Below, piece by piece: positions 1-12,879 of a stretch of 39,488 bases of DNA (the stretch's first letter is position 1; the number at the start of each line of letters is the position of its first letter). Where the stretch lies: the IMG/VR virus record IMGVR_UViG_3300025644_000002; one strand, 5' to 3'. This DNA is from a virus. Its lineage: Duplodnaviria; Heunggongvirae; Uroviricota; Caudoviricetes. Under the pieces are notes generated by a model that ran no database searches, was not told the origin of the DNA, and worked only from the letters and a program-made list of their open reading frames with translations. Made by a program: the position numbers and the translations under genes.

Positions 1-1
1 T

Positions 2-3000
2 TCCGCTCGTACCACTTGAACCGGAAGTTCCACTTGACCCGCTAGTTCCAGACGACCCGCTAGTACCACTTGTACCACTCGTACCGCTTGAACCTGAAGT
101 ACCACTCGTACCACTTGTACCGCTTGAACCGCTTGATCCTGAAGTTCCACTTGAACCGCTTGACCCGCTTGAACCACTTGATCCGGAGGTTCCGCTTGTA
201 CCGCTTGACCCGGAAGTTCCACTCGTACCGCTTGACCCGGAGGTTCCGGAAGAGCCACTTGATCCTGCTGAACCGCTTGACCCAGAAGTTCCGCTTGTAC
301 CGCTTGAACCTGAAGTTCCGCTTGAACCTGAAGTTCCTGAAGAACCGCTTGAACCTGCCGAACCGCTTGAACCTGAAGTACCACTCGTACCGCTTGATCC
401 TGAAGTACCACTCGTACCGCTTGATCCGGAAGTCCCTGAAGATCCGCTTGAACCTGCTGAACCGCTTGAACCACTCGTACCGCTTGAACCACTAGTCCCT
501 GCATCTCCTGTACGGAAATAATTTAAAACTAGACGATCTAGATTTGAGAAAGGTGATGCTGCGGAAGAATCTACGTTAGTTACTCCGATCTGCCAGTATC
601 CTGGTCCCTCGGTTATAGAATTCACTTGGAATATTAATCAGTTTTCAGGTACATAAGTCTCGCTGAGCACGATGTGACCTTTAACCGCGCTAGTAGAGTC
701 GTCGAAGGTTGCCAGTAACCCCTGTACATCTACCGCTAAAATGTCCTCATCGGAACAGATTATAACGGTAGCCGCGTTTTGAGTCCCATTGTTTAATCGT
801 AAGTCTCCAGATCCCGGATCTGCTACAGTTGTTGAGCTGTCAAAGTTGTACTGGACATGTCCGGCTGCATTTCCGGTGTTACCAGATGATCCAGACGTTC
901 CGCTTGAACCGCTTGAACCGCTTGAACCGCTTGATCCTGAAGTTCCACTTGAACCGCTTGACCCGCTTGAACCACTTGATCCGGAGGTTCCGCTTGTACC
1001 GCTTGACCCGGAAGTTCCACTCGTACCGCTTGACCCGGAGGTTCCGGAAGAGCCACTTGATCCTGCTGAACCGCTTGACCCAGAAGTTCCGCTTGTACCG
1101 CTTGAACCTGAAGTTCCGCTTGAACCTGAAGTTCCTGAAGAACCGCTTGAACCTGCCGAACCGCTTGAACCTGAAGTACCACTCGTACCGCTTGATCCTG
1201 AAGTACCACTCGTACCGCTTGATCCGGAAGTCCCTGAAGATCCGCTTGAACCTGCTGAACCGCTTGAACCACTCGTACCGCTTGAACCACTAGTCCCTGC
1301 ATCTCCTGTACGGAAATAATTTAAAACTAGACGATCTAGATTTGAGAAAGGTGATGCTGCGGAAGAATCTACGTTAGTTACTCCGATCTGCCAGTATCCT
1401 GGTCCCTCGGTTATAGAATTCACTTGGAATATTAATCAGTTTTCAGGTACATAAGTCTCGCTGAGCACGATGTGACCTTTAACCGCGCTAGTAGAGTCGT
1501 CGAAGGTTGCCAGTAACCCCTGTACATCTACCGCTAAAATGTCCTCATCGGAACAGATTATAACGGTAGCCGCGTTTTGAGTCCCATTGTTTAATCGTAA
1601 GTCTCCAGATCCCGGATCTGCTACAGTTGTTGAGCTGTCAAAGTTGTACTGGACATGTCCGGCTGCATTTCCGGTGTTACCAGATGATCCAGACGTTCCG
1701 CTTGAACCGCTTGAACCGCTTGAACCGCTTGAACCGCTTGAACCACTTGATCCGGAGGTTCCGCTCGTACCGCTTGACCCGGAAGTTCCACTCGTACCGC
1801 TTGACCCGGAGGTTCCGGAAGAGCCACTTGATCCTGCTGATCCGCTTGAACCTGAAGTTCCTGAAGTTCCGCTTGACCCGGAAGTTCCGCTTGATCCTGA
1901 TGATCCGCTTGAACCGCTTGAACCTGAAGTTCCTGAAGTTCCGCTTGATCCCGAAGTTCCGCTTGAACCGCTTGAACCTGCCGATCCACTTGAACCTGAA
2001 GTTCCTGAAGTTCCACTTGACCCGGAGGTTCCGCTAGAACCTGAAGTTCCTGAAGTTCCGCTTGATCCTGAAGTTCCTGAAGTTCCGCTTGATCCTGAAG
2101 TTCCGCTTGATCCTGAAGTTCCACTTGTACCGCTTGATCCTGAAGTACCACTCGTACCGCTTGAACCTGAGGTTCCGGAAGAACCGCTTGAACCTGCTGA
2201 ACCGCTTGACCCAGAAGTTCCGCTTGTACCTGAAGTTCCGCTTGAACCTGAAGTTCCGCTTGTACCTGAAGTTCCACTTGAGCCTGAAGTACCACTTGAA
2301 CCAGAGGTTCCGCTTGAACCGCTTGAACCTGCTGAACCGCTTGACCCAGAAGTACCACTAGTTCCGCTTGAACCTGAAGTACCACTCGTACCACTTGTAC
2401 CGCTTGACCCCGAAGTACCACTAGTACCGCTTGTACCGCTTGATCCTGAAGTTCCGGAAGAACCACTTGATCCTGCAGATCCACTTGAACCTGAAGTTCC
2501 TGAAGTTCCTGAAGTTCCGCTTGACCCGGAAGTTCCAGAAGTTCCTGAAGTTCCGCTTGATCCTGAAGTTCCAGAAGTTCCTGAAGTTCCGCTTGATCCG
2601 CTTGTTCCAGATGACCCGCTAGTACCACTCGTACCGCTAGTTCCGCTTGATCCTGAAGTTCCACTTGTACCGCTAGTTCCACTTGAGCCGCTTGTACCTG
2701 AATCCCCCGTAACCCCTTTTTCTCCAGAAGATCCTGAGGTTCCGCTCGTACCACTTGAACCGGAAGTTCCACTTGACCCGCTAGTTCCAGACGACCCGCT
2801 AGTACCACTTGTACCACTCGTACCGCTTGAACCTGAAGTACCACTCGTACCACTTGTACCGCTTGATCCTGAGGTTCCGCTTGATCCGCTTGAACCGCTT
2901 GAACCGCTTGATCCTGAAGTTCCACTTATACCGCTTGATCCTGAGGTTCCGCTAGTTCCGGAAGTTCCACTTGAACCCGAAGTTCCGCTAGTTCCGGAAG

Positions 3001-5419
3001 TTCCGCTTGAACCGGAAGTACCGCTTGAACCGGAAGTTCCTGCAGCTCCGCTTGATCCTGAAGTTCCGCTAGTTCCAACTCCTCCAGAAGACCCAGAGGT
3101 ACCGCCAGTACCGCTTGAACCTGAAGTTCCGCTAGTTCCGGAAGTTCCGCTTGAACCGCTTGTTCCAGCGTCTCCTTTCGCTCCAGAAGAGCCCGAGGTC
3201 CCACTTGACCCGCTAGATCCTGAATCCCCAATAACTCCTTTTTCTCCAGAAGATCCCGAAGTTCCACTCGTACCGCTTGATCCTGAAGTTCCTGAGGTTC
3301 CGCTTGATCCTGAAGTTCCGCTAGTTCCTGAAGTTCCACTTGAACCGCTTGAACCTGCTGAACCGCTTGAACCTGAAGTACCACTCGTACCGCTTGATCC
3401 GGAAGTGCCGCTTACACCGCTTGAACCGCTTGAACCGCTTGATCCAGAGGTACCACTCGTACCGCTAGTTCCGCTTGAACCTGAAGTTCCAGAAGTTCCT
3501 GAAGTTCCGCTTGAACCGCTAGTTCCACTTGAACCGCTTGAACCGCTTGACCCTGAGGTTCCACTTGTACCGCTAGTTCCACTTGATCCAGAAGTACCGC
3601 TTGTACCCGCAGTCCCGCTTGACCCAGAAGTACCGCTAGTACCGCTAGTCCCGCTTGACCCAGAAGTACCGCTAGTACCGCTAGTTCCGCTTGATCCTGA
3701 AGTACCGCTAATTCCTGAAGTCCCACTTGACCCTGAAGTACCGCTAATTCCTGAAGTCCCACTTGACCCTGAAGTACCACTCGTACCACTATCCCCGCTT
3801 GAGCCCGAAGTACCGCTCGTACCGCTAGTTCCACTTGACCCCGAAGTACCACTCGTACCGCTTGATCCGCTTGATCCGCTTGAACCGCTTGATCCTGCTG
3901 ATCCGCTTGAACCTGAAGTTCCACTTGTACCGCTTGATCCTGAAGTTCCGCTTAATCCTGAAGTTCCGCTTGATCCTGAAGTTCCACTTGTACCGCTTGA
4001 ACCTGACGTTCCGCTTAAACCGGAAGTACCGCTTGTGCCGCTTGAACCGCTTGAACCGCTTGATCCAGAAGTCCCGCTTGATCCGGAAGTCCCAGAAGAA
4101 CCGCTCGTACCACTCGTACCGCTTAATCCAGAAGTACCACTTGTACCTGCACCTCCTGAAGATCCGGAAGTTCCGCCTATACCGCTCGTACCACTTGACC
4201 CGGAAGTTCCGTCTATTCCGCTTGAACCGCTTGTTCCTGAAGTTCCAGCTGCTCCACTCGATCCCGAAGTTCCGCTAGTTCCGGAAGTACCACTCGTACC
4301 GCTTGATCCACTTGAACCGCTTGATCCGCTTGAACCTGAAGTACCACTCGTACCGCTTGAACCTGAAGTACCACTCGTACCGCTTGAACCGCTTGAACCG
4401 CTTGATCCACTCGAACCCGAAGTACCACTAGTACCGCTAGTTCCACTTGACCCCGAAGTACCACTCGTACCGCTTGATCCTGAGGTTCCGGAAGAACCAC
4501 TTGACCCTGAAGCTCCGGGCACCCCCGTATCTCCACTTGAACCTGAAGTTCCTGCTGCTCCGCTTGATCCTGAAGTACCGCTCGTTCCAACTCCTCCAGA
4601 AGACCCAGAAGTACCGCCAGTACCGCTTGATCCTGAAGTTCCGCTTGAACCAGAAGTTCCGCTTGAACCACTCGTTCCAGCGTCTCCTTTAGCTCCAGAA
4701 GAGCCTGAGGTTCCGCTTGATCCACTTGATCCTGAATCTCCAGTAACTCCTTTCTCTCCAGAAGATCCTGAAGTTCCACTCGTACCGCTTGATCCGGAAG
4801 TTCCGGAAGAACCGCTTGATCCTGCTGACCCGCTTGAACCAGAAGTTCCTGAAGTCCCGCTTGAACCAGAAGTTCCCGAAGTTCCGCTTGATCCTGATGA
4901 TCCGCTTGATCCTGAAGTTCCTGAAGTCCCGCTTGATCCAGAAGTACCACTCGTACCGCTTGAACCGCTTGAACCTGCTGAACCGCTTGAACCTGAAGTA
5001 CCACTCGTACCACTTGTACCACTCGTACCGCTTGATCCTGAAGTTCCGCTTGATCCTGAAGTTCCAGAAGTTCCGGAAGTCCCCGAAGATCCGCTTGAAC
5101 CTGCTGATCCGCTTGATCCAGAAGTACCGCTAGTTCCGGAAGTACCGCTAGCACCGCTAGCTCCGCTTGATCCGGAAGTACCGCTAGCACCGCTAGCTCC
5201 GCTTGAGCCAGAAGTACCTGAGGTACCTTCAGAGGCTACTCATGTACTACCTGTTCATGTTTTTAATACTTCATTAGATGAATCTCACCAAGTCTGTCCA
5301 GTTATTGGGGACGCTGGTGGTGCGGCGGATGCGTTGTGGGATTTTGCTGAAAATGTTGCATTAGCCTGTGATTGGCTATATACATCCGATATTTGTTTGG
5401 CTTTTATTTGTCCTGACAT
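2..5419 (-). CDS. Very long collagen-like (Gly-Ser/Thr-Ser)n virion fiber protein, 3'-truncated by window edge (>1800 aa, TGA=Trp)
   Basis: ATG at 5419. N-terminus PPASPITGQTW*DSSNEVLKT*TGST*V matches the common phage fiber motif P..P..G..W.D.....LK.W.G..W with TGA at the Trp positions (5285, 5255, 5240). About 1150 aa of GSS/GTS triplets follow, then two identical globular domains joined in frame through TGA at 1436 and 638. Confidence 0.8.
119..1732. repeat. Exact tandem duplication with 798-bp period (globular domain + GST linker) inside the fiber gene
   Basis: 119-934 reads identical to 917-1732 by eye. Equivalent ORF-track ends (495/1293, 638/1436) are offset by 798 nt. Confidence 0.9.
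1690..5230. repeat. Degenerate 9-bp microrepeat array (e.g. CCGCTTGAA/CCTGAAGTT) encoding GSS/GTS triplets on the minus strand
   Basis: Direct reading. A longer block (GEKGV[T/I]GDSG..GAKGDAG..GTGG..GGVG..GAAG) recurs at ~4530-4770 and ~3030-3260. Confidence 0.95.
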
Positions 5420-5433
5420 GCGGGGTCTCCAAA

Positions 5434-5814
5434 CTAGTTATAGTTTACGTATTCTTTTTCCTCAATAAACATAGAGTTGGTTTCGTTGTTAATTATTTTT
5501 TTTAAATTAGCTCTAGTGTCATTAGTGTAATACACTGCTCGCGCTAATTTTATAAATTCCTCATCAAACTCTTTTAATTGTTCTTTTCTACGCAGTTGGT
5601 CCTCTATATCCCATAGCTCTGCATTACAATTATAAAGATTCATATAACTTTCAGAATCCAATGAGAAATTCAATAGCTCTACAACGCTATGTTGTAAAGC
5701 CTCAAATTCTGTTTGTACATTTTTAATCTTTTCTGGGTCAGTAAAATTCTCAGTTTTTAATTGAAGAATAGATAGCTTATCTATTAATTCTCCATTAGAT
5801 ATTTCAATTTTCAT
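5434..5814 (-). CDS. DUF6165-like protein
   Basis: Motifs IEISNGELIDKLSILQLK, NAELWDIED and FIKLARAVYYTNDTR resemble DUF6165, which is typically found beside glycosyltransferases. Recognised by eye. Confidence 0.7.
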   Translation of the reverse strand: MKIEISNGELIDKLSILQLKTENFTDPEKIKNVQTEFEALQHSVVELLNFSLDSESYMNLYNCNAELWDIEDQLRRKEQLKEFDEEFIKLARAVYYTNDTRANLKKIINNETNSMFIEEKEYVNYN

Positions 5815-8800
5815 AAATAGTATTAATTACCTCCTCTGGTAAAATACTTGAAGAGCACTCGAAATTCTTTCCTCTAGGACATCAATTTCAATCGCCTCTA
5901 TCAAATTTTTCCTCATTAAAACAATTATGACATACTGTGTCTTTATGCATTCTAACACATTTAAATTCATACCAAGGCGCTGTAAAGCCGGAAATCATTA
6001 ATACTGGCACCTTTAACGCTCAAGCTAGCCAAGCTAATCCTGAACTCAATCCCATAAAGAATGTAGCATGTTTCAATATACGCATTGTTTCAGTAAGATT
6101 CAAGTTAGTTTTGTCGATTATGCCATTTAATTCACTTTCTTCTTTACTTATAACTACTACTTTATAACCTTTTGAATTTAAATAGTCTACCACAGTTTGC
6201 CATCCTCCAGGATAATTTCAATATTTACACTGAGCTGTGGAGTGGGCCGCTAGACATACATAAGGACCGTCAATATCAGTATGTCCTTTAATCTTAGCCA
6301 TTTGCGGTAATAGTTCTTCATACTCGAGACCTAAAATATCACAAGCAACCTCTTGTAAAGGAATTGAAAATGGATTTCTTTTATGAAGGAAATCATCATC
6401 TTCTCTAATACCTACTACATAGCTTGCGTATAAATTGTCAACAGTAGTTCCCGGACTAATAAACTTTAATTCTGGATAATCAAGCAAATGATTATGGAAT
6501 GTAGACACTATTACTTCGCAATTATGTTTTTCTTTAAACTTTTGAACATAGGGTATTCAAGCCAAAGTATCTCCTAGAGAGCTGCTATCTAACGCAATTA
6601 ATACTCGTTTATTATCACAATTAAAAGCGTATTGGTTCACTAATTCTTCACCTTTATGTACCGTAATCATATAATTGGTAAAATATACTCTACTTGCTTT
6701 AATTCAGCTATTAGCAGATACTCCAATTTTCTCATATACAACCTCTTCTAAATCTTGATCAATAAATTTTATATCATAAGTATGGTCAGATTCTGATCCT
6801 CACAATTCTACAAATGGTCCATCTACAAAATTATGGTCAACTGATATATTTCCATTTAATATAGAAGTTGATTCCCCGTAATAAAGATAATCTAAATAAC
6901 CAGGCAATTCTGTTTCCTCACTCTCATAAACTTCAAGTAATTTTCTTTTTTCTTCTAAAGGATATATTTTAGTTTTATCTCCTATCGAGAAAGTATATAA
7001 ATTTCTAGGACTAATTTCTATCATAGCATCATGAAGAGATTTATGCTGTACATGCCCGTACTCTCCGTTAGAATTATGAGTTACTATTTTTTTATAATAT
7101 CTTCTAGAAGTTTCACCTAATATAAATTTTCTTAAATATTTTTCATCAAATTTATCATATAAAGAGTCAGGAAAATCTCATAAAGCATATTCTCCTACTC
7201 CTAAAGTTTCCATAGCTTTGCTAAACTCATACGCTCTAATTGGATTACTTTTTCCCGTTACTGATATAACTTTTCAATCTTCAGGGTCTTTTAATAAGTC
7301 GTATCCTCCAAAAATAAGTTCGTCGTCCGGGTGAGCTACTATCATCAACTTATTAGGAAGTTTAGTATCAGCCTTCACGACAAATGTGTTATATTTTTCT
7401 ATTCTTTTTTTGTAATCTTTTGTAACTAGCTCATTCTTGAATAATTTACCATCTTTATATATTTGATATTTATTTAGTTTAGAACTTAATCCCAAATTAT
7501 GATGAAAAAATTTAGAACCTGAAAAATCTAAATTAATTTCCTTACCATTATATTTTAACAAATATTTAGAATCATCAGTAATATTTGGTTTACCTAATAC
7601 TAACCTAAATTCTTTCTTATATACAAATCCATATATATTAAGAGCTCCATCAGTAATTAAATTCTTAACTCCATAATCCTTTTCTACATCTATATATTTT
7701 CTTATTTTTAGATTAGACTCTCCCTCTGTTTTAATAATAAGATCATAAATCCAAGGCTCTAGATACAGTCTAGAATCCCCATCTCTTGAAGAAGAAGCCT
7801 TAAAATATTGCTGGGAATTATTTATATTATTGAACGCCGTAAAATTTTTAGAAATTGAAAAAAATGTCATAGCAAAAGAATCCTCATCTGTATCATAGTA
7901 GTAAAATGAGCCATGAGCGCCTTTACCTAAATCTTCTTTATGAATTTTAAATAAATCCTTTTGCGGAATCATATCGTAGTTTAAAAAATGAATTATGTCT
8001 ATATCTCGTGATTTACAGTATACTTCTGCATTTTTAAATAATGAAAATACTGCATAAGAATGATTTGGAGTTTCATGATTTACAGATTTAACAAAATAAT
8101 CTTCGTTATCAAATCAAAAAGTAACCGGGATTTCTATAATTTCATTGTTACTATCATATACATAATGTTCTACAGATTTTTGTATTTCTAAACTAACTGG
8201 GTAGTGTGTTACTAACAAAATATCATATCCGAATTCCTTAATTCGCTTTATACATTTTTTTAAAACATCTATTTTTTCTTTGGTGTTAGTATAGGCTAAA
8301 ATAGCCACTACTTCTTTTAAAGGTTTATTATCTTCTATAGCTTGTAATATATCATTTCTTGTTAGATCCACCATTTCTACTTCTTTTTCTAACCTAATTA
8401 TATTATTTTCTATTTCAGATAAAGTTTTTTCGTCTAGTTCCTTAGTTATTTCCACACCATTATGAGAATCTAAAAGACTAATATTCTTAACATCTTTTAA
8501 ATTTCCTAAATTAATCACCACCACTTTACTATCTGTTTCAAATTTAATATGCGCCTCTCTCTCCAATACATCTCTAGTATCCTCATAGCAAGTGTATTTA
8601 AATAATACTTCATTATCATCTAATCTTTCTCTAAAAATTAGGGCCAATAAATTTTTATTTTTTTCAAATAAATTAACTTTATAAGTTGTCAAGCTTATGG
8701 AATCCTTTATTGTATATTGAGAAGCTTCTGTTTTTTCATCTAATTTTATAATATCATCTCAGATATTTTGCATTCTAAAACGCTCATAAAGTCACTTCTC

Positions 8801-11707
8801 CAATTGTCTTTCTGAAAGCTCTAAGTATTCTTGTAAAGAATCTATTCCCTCAAATCCTTTAAATTTAGTGGTAACTGAAAACATAAGAACTCTAACATTT
8901 TCAAAAGTTATATTGTCTTCGTTTGATTGACTTGTAATAAAACATCCTGAACTATTAGTGGTCTTTAATAGAGTTCTAAATTTAATGAAAGGATTGTATT
9001 TTAACAAAACATCATAATTTAAAAAATGTATAGTATCAACCTCTAAGTTTTTACAGTAATTAAAGGCATTTTTAAATAATGTAAACGCTGCATAAGAATG
9101 ATTTTTATTTTTACTATAAAAAGTTTCAAAATAAACTCCAGAAAGATCTCCTCAAAAAAATTCAGGAGTTTCAAATATTTCATTATTTGGATCATACACA
9201 TAGTGATCTACTTCATCTTTTATCTCCTGAGGAACATCATAGTGGGTTGATAATAATATATCGTATCCAAACCCCTTAATTTGCGCTATGCGTTCTTTTA
9301 ATAATTTTTCTTTACTAGCGGTATCAGTATAAGAGCTTATAACTACAATCTCTTTCTTAATTTTTTTAAGAAACCTCAATACTTTTGAAGCAGTATTAGG
9401 ATTTTTGTTATCGATTTCTGGATGATACGCTAGTATATTAGCTTCGCTTTTTGGGTAAATCTCATCCATTTCTTTGGGCCAATTCTCCATAAAAAACATA
9501 GAAGAATAATTTAAGGAGGCTATATGCCCCTGGCTAAAGCCCATAACATTGTCATGTGGAGAAATTCAAGTTATAGGAAGAAACTCGTCATATTTATATT
9601 TTCAAAATAACATGTTAATAATTCGTTCTTCAGAGCATGCCGTGTCATCTACAAAAATTTTACCATCTGAATCTGTATTACTAATGTTCCTTATATAAGC
9701 CTCTTCTCGGAGAACTTCTTCAAAAAAACGTTGAGATCTTTTATCATACATAAATATACCTGTGGCCACTGTGTGACCGCTATATGGTAAATTACCGGTA
9801 TCTCACCCGTATAGTTCGCAAAGCTCTTCTCCATGCTTCTTTTCTCTTCGCCCATCCCCATCCTCTCTAAAATGTAATAAAGAGGGGTATCTATATCTCA
9901 TACATAGTGGATAATGTTTTAGTTTATCTACATAAGTATTAAGATGGTCTATATTTTCCGACACTACCATATCTCCATCTAAAAAAATATAATAATCAAA
10001 TTCATCATTTTTTGTAGTTTCTAATGCAGCCGCTATTCTAGCAAAATAGTTTTGGCTATCTACATGACCTACCTGGTTTACTTTGCCTCCAGAATATTCT
10101 ATTTTTTTATTTATTACTCTCGAATATGAAAAGGGTACTTCACAATTAAATCCATAAACAATTATTGGGAGTTTTGAAAATTCTAATAAACTTTTTACAC
10201 ACGCCTCTACATAAGGCATATATTTGAGATCACCGCCTACTACATACGCTCCTAATTTTGCAGCAGTACTTTGTATTTTATTTGATACCTTATCAAGCAA
10301 AAATTGATCTTCGCCATTTATCCTAATTTTTGTATCTTTTGAAATAGGAAAACTAGACGCCCAAGAATCTTCATTTGATAATTCTGCTTTATATACTTCT
10401 TTATTATCTTCAAGAAATTCAACAGTATATTGCTTTTTTATAGGTCCATTTATTTTTATTAATGGAGTATTATTACTTTTTATAGCTGTAATATAATTTC
10501 CAAAATCTTTATAATAATTTTCATTTACATTATTATTTAATATATCAACAGCAGTTAATGCCGCATTCTGTCAACTAAATTTATTGACTCTAGGAGCTTT
10601 AAGAAGTGCCTGGCCCTTATTTATATTTCTATTTTCATAAGTGCTTCTCATTATTTCCTTTAAGTGGTCGAAGTCAGGCTCATCTCATAATCCTACTCCT
10701 TCTGTAGCAAACATAAAAGGCTTCATAGGTCTTTGATCTATAGTCCTTACTTGTTGGGAGATTCCTCCCGCAAAATCTAATTGTGCCGGATGGCTTGAGC
10801 ATATGGTGGGAATTCCAGAAGCAATAGCTTCTATTAAGGGTAAGTTCCACCCTTCCGATCTAGCGCAAGATACAAAACAATCTCCATATTTAAGATAATT
10901 AATGTAATCTTTTCTAGGTAAAAAAGGTATAATTTTAATATTTGGATGTTCTATTTTATGAAAAGCTAAACGTTCTTTAGTAGAATTCATTCCATCCACC
11001 GAGTGGGGATTCTCGATAGAACACACCAGATCGATAGGTTCATTTGCACCAAATTCTTCACTAAAAGCTCTTAAAATTTCTGTTGTAGATTTTCTATGAT
11101 CCCATCTGCCAAATAATACAAACTTATATCGGTCGTCTTTAAACTCGTCTGGTCTTTTTCCAGAACTAACGTTAAAGATTGAGGTGTCCACAGCCTCCGG
11201 AACTACAAATACTCTATCAGCAGGGTATCCTTGGGCGATACTACAGTCGCGTTGCCATTTAGTGGGTACTCATAACATTTCATTTCGTAATAGTGCTTCA
11301 AAAAACTCATTTGGATATAAAGTGCTTTCTCAGACATTATAGCCTATGTTGTAGCCGGGATAACTATTTTCGAATCAGTAATGGTGGTTTGTTTCTGATA
11401 AAATTATGTTAACAGGATTTTCTGGAGGAAGAGTTCCGACTCCGTTATACATCTCAAAATCTATACCTTTGTACACCCCACTATCCATACCTTCGTCACA
11501 AGTCTGCCTAATGAACATTTCTTTATCAATGTCTGTTAGATATGTTTCCTTTTCATGAGGACGATCAGATACTCCATCTCAGGAAGGCCCTACAGAAAAA
11601 TTTCTTAATTTAACTGGTAAGTAGTTATTTAAAGCTCTAAAAAATCCACGAGCATGAGCGGCATAGCCAGTTTGCCCGACAAAGGAAGTGTGACCATATA
11701 TATTCAT
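5795..11707 (-). CDS. ~1970-aa multi-domain glycosyltransferase: GT4 + DxD GT-A + two repeated domains + PIG-L deacetylase + Aah/TibC-like heptosyltransferase (TGA=Trp)
   Basis: Seven track ORFs share one frame and are joined only by TGA (about 23 by manual count; no TAA/TAG until 5795). Motifs with * = TGA: YNV*EST, L*VPTKWQ, SEGWNLPLIEA, KFS*QNAA (GT4); YIFLDGD (DxD); VAHPDDE..THNSNGEYGHVQH (PIG-L); SSLGDTLA*IPY..HNC..STF and GLSSGLAWLA*AL..ISGF..C.NC (heptosyltransferase/GT9-like). Confidence 0.85.
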
Positions 11708-11713
11708 TTAGTA

Positions 11714-12109
11714 TTATATTACCGGTCCTCATAGTAGAAATTCATCAGTCGCATCGATGCTATATCCTAGCGCTGTGGTGTTTAGTTGAATTAATATTCC
11801 TAATGCATTATTTATCATTGAAGTTATATCGGTTGGAGGAACTCGTAGAGAGTTAACGTATAAAGCTCATTCTCCGGTATCATTAACAATACCGCTAGTG
11901 TGGAACTCAGAATGCATAAAAGAGCCGCTAATCAGCAAATATGAGTCTCCAGATACATACTGTCCTGAGACCGTATCTAAATTTTGAGACCACGCATTAG
12001 CTGTACTTATCGAATCAATACCGCCTTCTAAAGCTACTAGGCTTCTATTTCATTTTAATCTGCCTGTATTAAAATCGTCTAATAAGGCTACTTCTTCTAC
12101 CAAGCTCAT
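11714..12109 (-). CDS. Hypothetical virion-module protein (131 aa, 3 TGA=Trp)
   Basis: MSLVEEVALLDDFNTGRLK*NRSL...L*GPVI-TAA exactly fills a gap absent from the ORF track. Confidence 0.6.
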
Positions 12110-12879
12110 ATTTTATCGTAAATGGTGTCGTCTGGAAGTATTCTGCTAAGATGTACTGTTTGCTCTAATAAAGTTCCTTGAAATTCTAAAGGTCGTACTT
12201 GTCTAACTATTCATCTTTGATTAGTAGTTTCGACTACAACATCTTTAGGTCTCAATGGGGGATAATTTAGCATGTTTAAAACACAGTCACTCGGCATAAA
12301 CTCTCCAAACATTGTTATTTGATTAAATTGTGGTGCTGGATTTATCATACCCGTTATAGTTATTGGGTCATAATATCCACCTGTTCATCCTGTATTAAAG
12401 CAGGTTAAACATTCGTTTTCAGTTTGTCTTCCTAACGTACTATTGTAACAATCCGGACAATGTGTCCCTCAAGTTCTTCTTTTTAATATGTATATAGTTC
12501 TGCCCCCACCTACTCTTAAAGCCTTTTCTTTTAGAGCTTTTACTCGTCTAAAAACTTTATGAGTTGAAGTGTCATCTAAATAAGCTGGGGTAGCTGGTGC
12601 TATAGACGAAGATAAATCTGATAAATCTATTATCTTTAATTTATAATACCAGGTACGTTGTGGATCATATAATTTTTCTACAGAAGTATCTGAATAAGAA
12701 AAACCAGAAGCTGTTACTCCTGAAGCTATTAAATCATACTCAGTAATGTCACTACTGGGCGCTTCGCTTCTATAAACACTAATGCTAAATCCAGAAGCAC
12801 TTACGTCTGAAAAAGCTCAAGTTAAAGTCAGAGCGTCTATATCATAAGACGTTATATCTAAAGAAGTTAAAGTAAGCAT
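12097..12879 (-). CDS. Putative head-completion/neck protein with Fn3-like N-terminus and CxxC..CxxC zinc motif (260 aa, TGA=Trp)
   Basis: MLTLTSLD..TLT*AFS..YRS; KRRT*GTHCPDC..CLTCFNTG*TGGYYDP. Its ATG overlaps the upstream TAA (TAATG). Function inferred from position. Confidence 0.6.

Noticed and set aside
1-5230. CRISPR array
   Set aside because: Repeats are contiguous degenerate 9-mers in a coding frame, with no constant repeat plus unique spacers.
70-5468. Long plus-strand ORFs (PEVPL/EPL repeats up to 1293 aa) and alternative-frame Q/V/L or R/L/N ORFs
   Set aside because: Shadows of the 9-bp repeat array. Only the minus-strand Gly-Ser/Thr frame links the non-repetitive N-terminal motif and globular domains and follows operon direction.
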